Assembly (NCBI GenBank): GCA_964228815.1
Contig: CAXRAL010000083.1
Coordinates: 5,665-69,664 of the forward strand
DNA length: 64,000 bases
Origin: Candidatus Poseidoniaceae archaeon
Lineage (GTDB): Archaea; Thermoplasmatota; Poseidoniia; Poseidoniales; Poseidoniaceae
Direction of reading: 5' to 3'
The position numbers and the translations under genes were made by a program. This document shows, piece by piece, positions 44,374 to 53,138 of the stretch (positions are counted from its first letter, which is position 1; each line of letters starts with the position of its first letter). Under the pieces are notes generated by a model. The model did no database searches and had not been told where the DNA came from. It saw only the letters and a list, made by a program, of their open reading frames with translations.

Positions 44374-44964
44374 ATGGGAAGTTTGTGGCAATTCTTTGGA
44401 CTTCCCGATCCAGAAGGCAATACCAACGCCCCTCCCCGTGCTGCACCTCCGTCGAATGCACCTGTGTCCCTCTCCTCCGGCCCGGAAGGCGATTCAGAGA
44501 CACGGTCTGCACCGGAGCCATCACCAACGACCACGGTAACACCCTCACCGTTGAGCGAGGCCGACATTGACCTCAGCCAACTGAGAACACCACCGCTGGG
44601 ATGGACCGGGCCGATGACGCCCGACGGGGAGGCCTTTCACGACCTCGGCATGGAAGTTCAACGCCAACGACCACTGCCCGACAAAGCGCTCCGCTACATT
44701 GCGCCCGACGTGATGAAGCGCATCCCGACCGGACCCATGCTTGAACGGGTTATGCAAGGCGATACCGCCATCGTTGACCTCCGTCCACTGGTCCACATGG
44801 AAAGCCATCAGATGGCCTGCAGACGTGAGATCAAGCACATGGCTGACCAAGCCCGTGTCAGTGTCTTTTCCCTGGACGCCGAAGACAAGCTGCTCATGGT
44901 CCCGGGCCACAACGTCGTGGTGGACATGCAAAAGCACGAACTCGGGCTGACCCCGCTGCTTTGA
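44374..44964 (+). CDS. sepF: SepF-like cell-division protein (N-terminal amphipathic membrane-targeting helix, ~100-aa Pro-rich linker, C-terminal SepF/DUF552-like core)
   Basis: MGSLWQFFGL resembles the SepF membrane-targeting N-terminus. The core GDTAIVDLRPLVHMESHQMACRREIKHMADQARVSVFSLDAEDKLLMVPGHNVVVD aligns by eye with archaeal/bacterial SepF (G..vI.Di..l.......i..L......v.G.i.......llvtP..v.i). GAGG lies 7 nt upstream of the ATG, and the gap to the GP3 stop is 9 nt. Confidence 0.6.
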   Translation: MGSLWQFFGLPDPEGNTNAPPRAAPPSNAPVSLSSGPEGDSETRSAPEPSPTTTVTPSPLSEADIDLSQLRTPPLGWTGPMTPDGEAFHDLGMEVQRQRPLPDKALRYIAPDVMKRIPTGPMLERVMQGDTAIVDLRPLVHMESHQMACRREIKHMADQARVSVFSLDAEDKLLMVPGHNVVVDMQKHELGLTPLL

Positions 44965-44965
44965 A

Positions 44966-45532
44966 TCAATCCAACGAAGCCAAGGATTCCAAGAAGGCCA
45001 TGGCGCCACCGGAGAGACCCAGCACGGTCGAGGTGTCCCCTTCAACCAACTGAGCGTATTCACCCATGGGGCCGGCCAGATCATAGCCACCCGCTTTCCC
45101 TTTCCACGAACCCGAGGTCAGCAAGGCCTCCAGTTGGTCGGGCGCGAGGTCGGAAACGGAAACGACGGCTGACTCGCACCACGTGTGCCAGGTGTCGTTC
45201 CACCGGACGGCCGTCGCCGTCCATACCTGATGCTTTCGACCGCTGAGACGGTGAAGCATGGTGGCAGCGTGGGCGAGGTCACGGGGTTTTCCCATGCTGA
45301 GGGAATGATCGTCCGGGTCGCTCAGCATCGTGTCGGCCACGATGACGACGGTATGATTTGAGGCTGGAATGGCGGCGGCTTTCCGTTGGCAAATAGCGAG
45401 AACTTGGTCCTCAACCGTGCCCGTGGGCGGGGTCTCGTCCACATCGTCAAGGCCCTCATGATGCAGGCGGGGGAAGATGCTCTCGAGCAGAGCGAATCGC
45501 CGCGGCGAATTGGAAGCCAGCCAGACGTCCAT
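44966..45532 (-). CDS. maf: Maf-like nucleoside triphosphate pyrophosphatase (septum formation protein Maf family)
   Basis: WLASNSPRRFALLESI, VIVADTML...GKPRDLAHAATMLHRLSGRKHQVWTA, GKAGGYDLAG. It is collinear with E. coli YhdE/Maf. Confidence 0.85.
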   Translation of the reverse strand: MDVWLASNSPRRFALLESIFPRLHHEGLDDVDETPPTGTVEDQVLAICQRKAAAIPASNHTVVIVADTMLSDPDDHSLSMGKPRDLAHAATMLHRLSGRKHQVWTATAVRWNDTWHTWCESAVVSVSDLAPDQLEALLTSGSWKGKAGGYDLAGPMGEYAQLVEGDTSTVLGLSGGAMAFLESLASLD

Positions 45533-45600
45533 AACGCCAACATCGCACCTCGGGCTTTGGAGATTGCCATGAATGGCGTGGGTGATATTGAAGAATCACG

Positions 45601-46344
45601 ATGTCCACCCATCCTTTGAGCCGCATGTCCGAGATTGAACGTATCCCCACCCACATTGAAGGACTCGACGAGAAAATGCAGGGCGGCATCCCACAGGGCC
45701 ACATCAGCATCGTTGCAGGGGCCTCCGGCGCCATGAAGTCGAGCCTGACCTTCTCCATGCTCTACAACGCCGTCCTTTACGGGGAAACCAGCGGGATTTA
45801 CGTCACCCTTGAACAAGGCAAAGACTCGCTCCGCTCACACATGGCCAACATGGGCATGAACGTCGATGACCCGCGTGTCCGAAACCGAATTGCCATCATC
45901 GACTTGGCCGACCTGCGTGTCCAGCTCGACGAACAAGGCATGAGCAACCGTGTAGACTGGATGGGGCAACTCATCAAGCAGTTGACGTCGTACCGCCAAT
46001 CGATCGGGTTTGAACTCCTGGTCTTCGACTCGTTGGGGGCCTTCTTCACCCTCACAAAAATGGAAAACCCTCGCGATGAAATCTTCCGTCTCTTCGAAGC
46101 CGTTCGCCGACTTGAACTAACGTCGTTCTTCATCTGTGAGATGACCGGCGAGGACCACAAGCAGTTCGGTGAATACGGTGTTGAGGACTACCTCTCGGAC
46201 GGCGTGATGCATCTGGTCATGGAGCGCAGCGGAGACGATGTCACCCGAAAGTTGGGCATCGTCAAAATGCGCCACACCAACCACGTGCTGGGCTACAAGC
46301 CGTTCAACTGGAAAGAGAACGAACAGCGTTTCACCATCGTGTGA
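45601..46344 (+). CDS. single-domain KaiC/RadA-like RecA-superfamily ATPase (COG0467-type) with atypical P-loop
   Basis: RIPTHIEGLDEKMQGGIPQGHISIVAGASGAMKSSL (KaiC-like N-terminus), Walker B-like ELLVFDSLGAFF, and a C-terminal GIVKMRHTNH typical of the family. Confidence 0.7.
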   Translation: MSTHPLSRMSEIERIPTHIEGLDEKMQGGIPQGHISIVAGASGAMKSSLTFSMLYNAVLYGETSGIYVTLEQGKDSLRSHMANMGMNVDDPRVRNRIAIIDLADLRVQLDEQGMSNRVDWMGQLIKQLTSYRQSIGFELLVFDSLGAFFTLTKMENPRDEIFRLFEAVRRLELTSFFICEMTGEDHKQFGEYGVEDYLSDGVMHLVMERSGDDVTRKLGIVKMRHTNHVLGYKPFNWKENEQRFTIV

Positions 46345-46346
46345 AA

Positions 46347-48170
46347 TCACTCAACGGTTACCGACTTGGCCAGGTTTCGAGGCCGGTCGACATCACGGCC
46401 AAGGCGAAGCGCCGTTTCATACGCCATCAGTTGCAACGGCACCACCGTCAACAGCGGGGTCAGCCAAGGATGAATCGCAGGAACGGCAATGGAGACGTCA
46501 CCCTCCGAGGCGATGGCATCGCCCTTCTCGTGAATCAGGATCACTTTCGCCCCACGGGCCTTGACTTCGTGGAGCGCCGACATCGTCTTTTCTTTGAGAT
46601 GGTCGTTGGGGGCAATGACAACAACAGGACTTCCCTCTTCAAGAAGGGCGATGGGGCCGTGTTTCATCTCGCCGGCAGGGTAGGCCAAACACGGAATGTA
46701 GGCGAGTTCCATCAGCTTGAGTGCTCCTTCTTTGGCCACCGTTGCTGAAAGCCCTCGCCCGAGGAAGAGCACGGAATTGGCCTTGCACAGGAGGTCCACG
46801 GCTTCTGCGATGGGCCCAACATCTTCGAAATACGTCTCCATCAGATGAGGAGCCTGCTGGAGTTGTGCGATGAGTTCCCGTCCGTCATCTTTGGACAGAT
46901 GTCGTGTCCGGCCAAGTTGCGTAGCGAAGATGGTCAGTGCAGCGACCATGTTGGTGAACGCTTTGGTGGACGCCACCGATTGTTCAGGTCCGGAGTGAAT
47001 GTAGACGCCTTGACCACAGAGGCGGGCGATGGTGGAGCCAACCACGTTGACAACGCCAAAGACTTGGCCGCCTTTGAGTTTGATTTCTTTTACCGCTGAG
47101 ATGGTGTCCGCTGTTTCTCCTGATTGAGAAACGGCGAGGTAAATGGCCTTTGGATTAATCACGGTGTCGTTGTTTCTAAATTCGCTTGAAATGTGAGCCA
47201 CAGCTGGAATTCGACCCATTTTTTCGATCAGCATTTGACCGATTTCTGCAGCGTATGCAGCCGTGCCGCATCCGAGCAAACGAACATGCGGGGCTTGCAC
47301 GAGGGCGGAATGGTCAAGCCCCATGCCACCGAGACGTCCAGTACCCATGTCCCGGTCAACACGCCCGGAGATGCACTGGCGAAGGGCGTCGGGTTGTTCG
47401 TAGATTTCTTTGTACATGTAGTGGGGTGAATCGCCGAGTTCGGCCTCGCCCCATGCATCTTCCAGCACCGTGATGCTGGGTTCAACGCTGTGACCCTTCA
47501 TCGATGTGATGCTGAACGAGTCGCGATGAATCACCGCAACGTCCCCGTCCTCGAGGTACACGACGCGCTGGGTGTGGGCGGTGAGTGGATGAGGATCGCT
47601 GGAAACGAAGGTCTCGCCGTCGCCTTGGCCGATGATCAGCGGTGAGCCGTTGCGGGCACAGATGAGCATGTCATGATCTTTCAGCAGGATGCAAAGACCC
47701 CAGGTTCCGCGCAGGCGGCGAAGCGTTGATTGAACCGCCTCAAGGGGGGTGGCGGCCTTCTCCAACTCAAGGGCAATCATTTGAGCGATGACCTCTGAAT
47801 CGGTCTCGCTGATGCACGTGATTCCACGAGCGGCTAGGCCTTTGCGAAGTTGCTGGAAATTCTCAATGATGCCGTTGTGGACGAGATGAACCCGGTCGTT
47901 TTCCGAGGCGTGCGGGTGCGTATTGACCTGTGTCACACCGCCGTGGGTGGCCCAACGGGTGTGAGCGATGCCGAGCGTTCCTTCGACGATTGGTGGAAGG
48001 ATGGCTTTGAGGTCGGCCACTTTCCCAACCGTTTTGTGGGTCTCAATTTGACCGTCGTGTTCGACGGCGACGCCTGTTGAATCGTACCCGCGGTATTCCA
48101 ACCGCCTTAGTCCTTCCACGAGGATGGGGAGGGCTTGTTGGTGCCCGAGGTAGCCAAAAATACCGCACAT
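46347..48170 (-). CDS. glmS: glutamine--fructose-6-phosphate aminotransferase (isomerising)
   Basis: The N-terminal nucleophile MCGIFGY, the Ntn amidotransferase domain, two SIS domains (SQSGETADT) and the C-terminal ...LAKSVTVE. Confidence 0.95.
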   Translation of the reverse strand: MCGIFGYLGHQQALPILVEGLRRLEYRGYDSTGVAVEHDGQIETHKTVGKVADLKAILPPIVEGTLGIAHTRWATHGGVTQVNTHPHASENDRVHLVHNGIIENFQQLRKGLAARGITCISETDSEVIAQMIALELEKAATPLEAVQSTLRRLRGTWGLCILLKDHDMLICARNGSPLIIGQGDGETFVSSDPHPLTAHTQRVVYLEDGDVAVIHRDSFSITSMKGHSVEPSITVLEDAWGEAELGDSPHYMYKEIYEQPDALRQCISGRVDRDMGTGRLGGMGLDHSALVQAPHVRLLGCGTAAYAAEIGQMLIEKMGRIPAVAHISSEFRNNDTVINPKAIYLAVSQSGETADTISAVKEIKLKGGQVFGVVNVVGSTIARLCGQGVYIHSGPEQSVASTKAFTNMVAALTIFATQLGRTRHLSKDDGRELIAQLQQAPHLMETYFEDVGPIAEAVDLLCKANSVLFLGRGLSATVAKEGALKLMELAYIPCLAYPAGEMKHGPIALLEEGSPVVVIAPNDHLKEKTMSALHEVKARGAKVILIHEKGDAIASEGDVSIAVPAIHPWLTPLLTVVPLQLMAYETALRLGRDVDRPRNLAKSVTVE

Positions 48171-48179
48171 GATGAAGCC

Positions 48180-51100
48180 TCACAGATCGAAGGTTTCGCC
48201 ACATACAGGGCACGACATCCGCTTGAGCATCAAATCCTTCACGGCAAAGGTCGCCTGACAGGAGGGACAGGTCACGTCCCGCTTCAGGTCCGGAAGGGGC
48301 AGTGCCGGCGTGGGCAGCGGGGCCGATGGGTCGAGTGGAGGCAAGTTGGCCATGGGAAGGGGTGGAAGGGCGCCGGGAAGAGGTGGAAGGCCTTGTTGCA
48401 GGGCAGCCGCCATCTCGGACATCTCTCGCTGTTGTTTTCGCTTCATGCGCCGCTCAAGTCGAGCGTTGCCTTCGCCGTCCTCGAGTTTCTTCTCCAGTTC
48501 GGCCGAAAGGGTCGCCTCCTCATCGTCCATCACCGCCACAGGAGCCTGAATCGTGAGTTCCTCCTCCTCGTCTTCCACGGTCAACAACGGGCCAACATCG
48601 GTTTCAGGTGAAATCATGATTTCAACGATTTCACCTTCTTCGTCGGCCATCTCTTCGAGTAACTCCTCCACTTCGTTTCGAGACCGACGCACGACCACGG
48701 CGATGGAAATGAGGAAGATGACCAAGACGCTGAGACCGAGACCGAGGATACGCAGCTTCCCTTCCCTGGAATCACCGGGAAGATAGTCCAAGAGCGTCTC
48801 AAGGGTGCTCGGTGATGACCCGACGTTGTTCGATGCTTCGGTGGAGACGACGTTGCTCAACGTCATCAGCCCACTGGGCGTGATGGAGCAGAGGATGGTA
48901 TCGTCTTCCATGACACCGATGCCGAAGAGGAAGCCTTGGTCGATCATGTTCGACAACCCGTTGATGGGCTCACCTTCGGCGTTGGTGATGAGCCCCAGCC
49001 GGTGGACAGGACCGTTCAGGTTGATTTCATCGTGATAGAGGTAGAGGCCTTCGCTGCGCTGCGCCAAGGCCACATGGGTGGCACCGGGAGCCAGCGATTG
49101 CTGCTGGTTGCCCGACCACACCGAATTGGTGTTGGAAACGACGACGTTGGACACCTTGCCTTGACCTTCAATCCAAGCGCCAACCACACGGTCTTCCCCG
49201 TTTTCAACCATCACCTCGAGCACAGGTGAGGAAGCCTCGTCGCCCACCGAGTACTGGAAACTCCAGGAAGGGACGGTGTGAGAGCCATGGGTGTACATGA
49301 GACCGACACGCTCGATGCCCGAAACATCGTCCCGGTATTCTTGGTAGAGCAAGTGGAGGTATTCGTCGCCCAAACCGACGCCCAGGGGCTGCGTATCTCC
49401 GGGCCGGATGTCGAGGTCGGAGAGCACCGTGATGGGACTTGACCATGATGTTCCTTTGTCAGGAGAGGTGGATGAAATAACGAACAGCGAAGTGACGTCT
49501 TGCCAGGACCCTCCCGTCGAAAGATCTCGATGGTAACCCGCAAGCACCATGGTGTCGTCGTGTTGGTCGAAGGCGAAACTGTAGTAGGAACCCTCCGAAA
49601 GTTTGAGCGCCGGCATGTGGTAGTGCTTCGGCGTGGTTTTGCCTCCGGATGAAATTGATGTCATGGCGATGTCGGTGAGAATGTAGCCCTCAACGCTCAG
49701 GGAACGACGGGTCCACGCGACCTGGACCAACCCGTCATCTCGCTGGTAAGCGGCCAGTTCACCGCCCCAATTCTCTTCCAGCACCACGCCGCCGACCATC
49801 ACAAGTCTGGAGGTGATGGTGCGTGCGTGAAGTTCTCCATTGATGGTAGTAAACAGGAGCCCTCCGTCGTTGAGGCCGATGAAATCGACCGGTACTTCGC
49901 CGGTCGCCAAATCAATGCCGACACGGGAACCTTCCCGAAGGTCTGCAACGGTGACGTTGAACAGGAGTTCGTTGTGTTCCAACTCCACCCCCGAACCGCT
50001 CAAGACCGCACGATACGAGACCGACCCCACCTCATCGTGGACGTCTTCGAATTGGGCATAGGCGTAGCCGGACGTGGTGCTTGAGCCCGGCACGAGGTTG
50101 AGCGATTGGTCCTTGAGGCGCTGCCACCCAATGTCCTCGATCAACCGTTCCAGACCGAGGTTGAGGTTGCTCGCATCCGTTTGACCGAGGTTGTCGACGC
50201 GGATTTTGATGCTGTAGGGTGCATCTGGAACCGGTACATCCGGCGTGGTGCGAGAGGCACCTGGAAGGAATCGAAGCATGGGTTCCACCGGCCGTTCATC
50301 AACCGTGAAACTGAACGTGTACGTGTTGTCGCTTCGGTCGGGGTCTTCGTAGAGTTGGGTCGGATCAAGGGAAAGGGTCACGTCGTGCGTGCCCGGTTCG
50401 GTCGCCCACCAGTACAGCGTGACCTGAGCGCTTTCCCCTTGTTCAAGGGACGTGACCTTTCCTTCGGAGGGGTAGGTGGTTGAATCGCTCCCTTCGCCTT
50501 CCAGCGTCAGGTACACCTCATTGGCGTCCAAGTCGCCAATGTTTCGCAGCCCAAATCGCACCTCAAGGACGGTTCCTGCCACGGCGTTGTTAACAGGGAG
50601 GCCGCCATCGTAGACACCAACGGTTCCGGTAAATGCAAAGTTTGGAGCCGCCGGCAAATTGTCCACCTCGTACGTCCGTTTGACTGCGTCACTGACCACG
50701 CCGCTGGCGTTCACCATGCGGACGCTGATGCGGTGAGAACCGTCGCTTACCTGCGTTGAATCCCATGTGAACGACCAGTCTTGGACGCCTTCTTCTTGCT
50801 CGGTGAGTTGGTCGCCGAGTTGCCAGTCATCACCGTCGATCTTGTATTCCACTCGATCGTGATCGAGGCCTTCAACGGTGCCTGAAAACGAAACGGATCC
50901 AACGAGCGCCGTCCCAAGTGGAGGCTCGCTGATGGACACCGTCATGCGGGCGAAGCGAACGATGCGAATGTCGATGACGGAGGCTTCGCCAGCCTCGTTG
51001 AGCGCACGGGCGTAGACGAGCGTGTACGACTCGTCGGGATCGACCCAGTCATCATCAACGGTGATGTCGAAGTACCAGTCCTCCACCGTGCCGTCAGTGC

Positions 51101-53054
51101 TCAACCAGTTGGTGAGTTCGTCGCTGTCGCCGTCGTCATAGAACTGTTCAAACTTGACTTGGACCTCGATGTAGTCGTTTTCGCTGGTATCGGTGGTCCC
51201 TTCAACAGAGAGCGTATTGCCGGCAAGGTGCAACGATTGGTTCACTGGCGCCGTCATGGACACGTCTTCACCAAGGCCGTCACCACCGGGGGGCGGGTCA
51301 ATGATGATGCCGCCGTTGTCTTCCAGCGGTGTACAGGAGCGGTCCAGTACCCTGTCAAGGGCGCACGACGCATCGACCAATCCAAAGCCCCACTTCTCGT
51401 TCCATCGGTTGGAGATGTCCGGCTCGGTCGCCGAACCGCGGGCTTCTGAAGAGTTGCGGAGAATGTTCCGGATCTCTTCCGGCGTGAGCGAATCGTCGGC
51501 TTGCAAGAGGCTGGCAACGATACCGGAGACCAACGGCGTGGCCATGCTGGTCCCGTCTTTGGAGTCGTAGCTGTTGTCGGCGAGTGGGCGTTCGGGTTGG
51601 CCGGGGAAAGAGGGCCCAGTGGCCGCCGTGGCCGAGGTGATGCCCGAACCGTACGAGGTCAAATCGGGCTTGAGTTCATCCCATTCGTCGTCGTCGCCGT
51701 CGTCCAATCGAGGACCCCAGTTGGAGTAGGAGGCCATCACGTCGTCGGTCCGGTTGACGGTGTTTCGGTCGTTGACGGCACCGATGGAAATAGCACCGTC
51801 AGCGCTGGCGGGCGAGGGGACGCGCTTTGTTCCGTCGTTACCCATAGCGACCACACAGACGATACCGGCGTCTCGGGCGTCGTTAACCAATCGTGCCTCT
51901 GCCCCTGAGCCGTTGTCGCCTTCGTCATCGGGGTTGAGGGGGCTGCTCAAGGAACCAAAGGACATGGAGGCAACGTCAATGCCTCGGCTGGATTCATTGT
52001 TGCCCCAGTCGGTGTCTTTGTTGTTGATCATCCATTGAATGCCGTTCAGCGAAGCTTGTGAATTGGTCCCACCAGAATCGGTCAAGACCTTGATGTCGAC
52101 AAGGTAGGCCCCCATCCCGCTGCCGGTGTGCACCCGCTCGGCTCCACCCGTTCCCAAGGCGGTGGCAGCGACGTGCGTGCCGTGGCCCTGCCCGTCGTCG
52201 GGGTCAACCGTACCGTCCGGGTTGGAGGCGCTTGAGGTGGCGTCATACCCTGCGACCCACTTCTGGTCGCTGTAGCTGGTGGGGTCGCTATCAGGTTCGT
52301 CATCCACATCGTCAAAGTCGTTGAGCGCCCTGTGTTCGTTGTCAACACCGGTATCGAGCACCGCAATCACGACGCCTTCGCCGTTGTAGCCTCGAGCATA
52401 AGTGCTCGCCGAGTACACGTCCGATGGCATGGCACGGGCAGCCTCGGAGGCCACGCCGTTGAACGGCACCATGACGTTCTGCATCTCGACGACAACGACA
52501 CCTGGAAGGTGATAGATGTCCATCAAGGCGCTGACAGGGACCTTGTCCACGACCACTGAATCGATGGAATTCATGACCTGGAACCATGCACCATTGTCCT
52601 CACCCAGCCAGCCATGACTGTCAAGAACCGAGGTCAGGGCTTGGAGTTCACCCTCGTTGGGGGCCCAAGCATAGTCGACGACGATGGCGACGGTCTTGCG
52701 TCCGTCCGAGCCGATAACAGCGGTCGGTGAAATGGATTCTTCACCTGCCAGAACGCGCTGCAGCCGGTCATCCATGCCGTTCCAATCCAAGTCGGGACCG
52801 TAGCCAAGCCACCACATGTCGGGCTCGCTCGATGCACGGCCGCCCCGCTCAATCATGCGAGTTGGGCGTTCACACAGGTCTTCGCCGCACATCAACGGGG
52901 GAAGACCTTCCACCAAAATGGGCGCTTCATGGTCCGCCACTTCCGTAGCGGCAACCGGGTTGCTCAGAAGGCCGCCGCTGACATCGGCCAGCAGCACCAG
53001 CAGAGCGAAGAGAAGGGCGCAGGTTCGCATGGCCGACCGTGGTGCAGTATGCAT
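48180..53054 (-). CDS. giant membrane-anchored subtilisin-like serine protease (S8) with CARDB-like and BNR/propeller-like modules, one TM, 169-aa cytoplasmic tail ending in a zinc ribbon
   Basis: Catalytic triad contexts VIAVLDTGVD (Asp), GHGTHVAATALG (His), DGTSMATPLVSGIVASL (Ser). CARDB-like LEVRFGLRNIGDLDANEV. Asp-box SSTSPDKGTSWSSP. TM span LGLGLSVLVIFLISIAVVV followed by RRSR. The tail has LPPLP repeats and CPSC-x15-CPVC. ATG 53030 is an alternative start. Confidence 0.85.
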   Translation of the reverse strand: MHTAPRSAMRTCALLFALLVLLADVSGGLLSNPVAATEVADHEAPILVEGLPPLMCGEDLCERPTRMIERGGRASSEPDMWWLGYGPDLDWNGMDDRLQRVLAGEESISPTAVIGSDGRKTVAIVVDYAWAPNEGELQALTSVLDSHGWLGEDNGAWFQVMNSIDSVVVDKVPVSALMDIYHLPGVVVVEMQNVMVPFNGVASEAARAMPSDVYSASTYARGYNGEGVVIAVLDTGVDNEHRALNDFDDVDDEPDSDPTSYSDQKWVAGYDATSSASNPDGTVDPDDGQGHGTHVAATALGTGGAERVHTGSGMGAYLVDIKVLTDSGGTNSQASLNGIQWMINNKDTDWGNNESSRGIDVASMSFGSLSSPLNPDDEGDNGSGAEARLVNDARDAGIVCVVAMGNDGTKRVPSPASADGAISIGAVNDRNTVNRTDDVMASYSNWGPRLDDGDDDEWDELKPDLTSYGSGITSATAATGPSFPGQPERPLADNSYDSKDGTSMATPLVSGIVASLLQADDSLTPEEIRNILRNSSEARGSATEPDISNRWNEKWGFGLVDASCALDRVLDRSCTPLEDNGGIIIDPPPGGDGLGEDVSMTAPVNQSLHLAGNTLSVEGTTDTSENDYIEVQVKFEQFYDDGDSDELTNWLSTDGTVEDWYFDITVDDDWVDPDESYTLVYARALNEAGEASVIDIRIVRFARMTVSISEPPLGTALVGSVSFSGTVEGLDHDRVEYKIDGDDWQLGDQLTEQEEGVQDWSFTWDSTQVSDGSHRISVRMVNASGVVSDAVKRTYEVDNLPAAPNFAFTGTVGVYDGGLPVNNAVAGTVLEVRFGLRNIGDLDANEVYLTLEGEGSDSTTYPSEGKVTSLEQGESAQVTLYWWATEPGTHDVTLSLDPTQLYEDPDRSDNTYTFSFTVDERPVEPMLRFLPGASRTTPDVPVPDAPYSIKIRVDNLGQTDASNLNLGLERLIEDIGWQRLKDQSLNLVPGSSTTSGYAYAQFEDVHDEVGSVSYRAVLSGSGVELEHNELLFNVTVADLREGSRVGIDLATGEVPVDFIGLNDGGLLFTTINGELHARTITSRLVMVGGVVLEENWGGELAAYQRDDGLVQVAWTRRSLSVEGYILTDIAMTSISSGGKTTPKHYHMPALKLSEGSYYSFAFDQHDDTMVLAGYHRDLSTGGSWQDVTSLFVISSTSPDKGTSWSSPITVLSDLDIRPGDTQPLGVGLGDEYLHLLYQEYRDDVSGIERVGLMYTHGSHTVPSWSFQYSVGDEASSPVLEVMVENGEDRVVGAWIEGQGKVSNVVVSNTNSVWSGNQQQSLAPGATHVALAQRSEGLYLYHDEINLNGPVHRLGLITNAEGEPINGLSNMIDQGFLFGIGVMEDDTILCSITPSGLMTLSNVVSTEASNNVGSSPSTLETLLDYLPGDSREGKLRILGLGLSVLVIFLISIAVVVRRSRNEVEELLEEMADEEGEIVEIMISPETDVGPLLTVEDEEEELTIQAPVAVMDDEEATLSAELEKKLEDGEGNARLERRMKRKQQREMSEMAAALQQGLPPLPGALPPLPMANLPPLDPSAPLPTPALPLPDLKRDVTCPSCQATFAVKDLMLKRMSCPVCGETFDL

Positions 53055-53138
53055 GGCTCACCCTCTCCATGCGTTGGAAGGCCTACCCACCTTTGATTCT
53101 ATCCTCCGATGTATCACGCTGTCCAGCGATTGGCACGT

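Noticed and set aside
44578-44640. PPLGWTG in the SepF linker resembling the PPLP..GLPxGWT tail module of GP2/GP3
   Set aside because: Only about 5 residues are shared, in a Pro-rich low-complexity context. That is too short to distinguish from chance without a profile search. It is mentioned only as something to test.
48282-48392. Short DNA repeats (ggtggaagg-type units), considered as a possible repeat array
   Set aside because: They are the antisense image of the codons for the LPPLP repeats in the subtilase tail. They are imperfect, have no spacers, and lie inside a long ORF, so this is not a CRISPR or satellite array.
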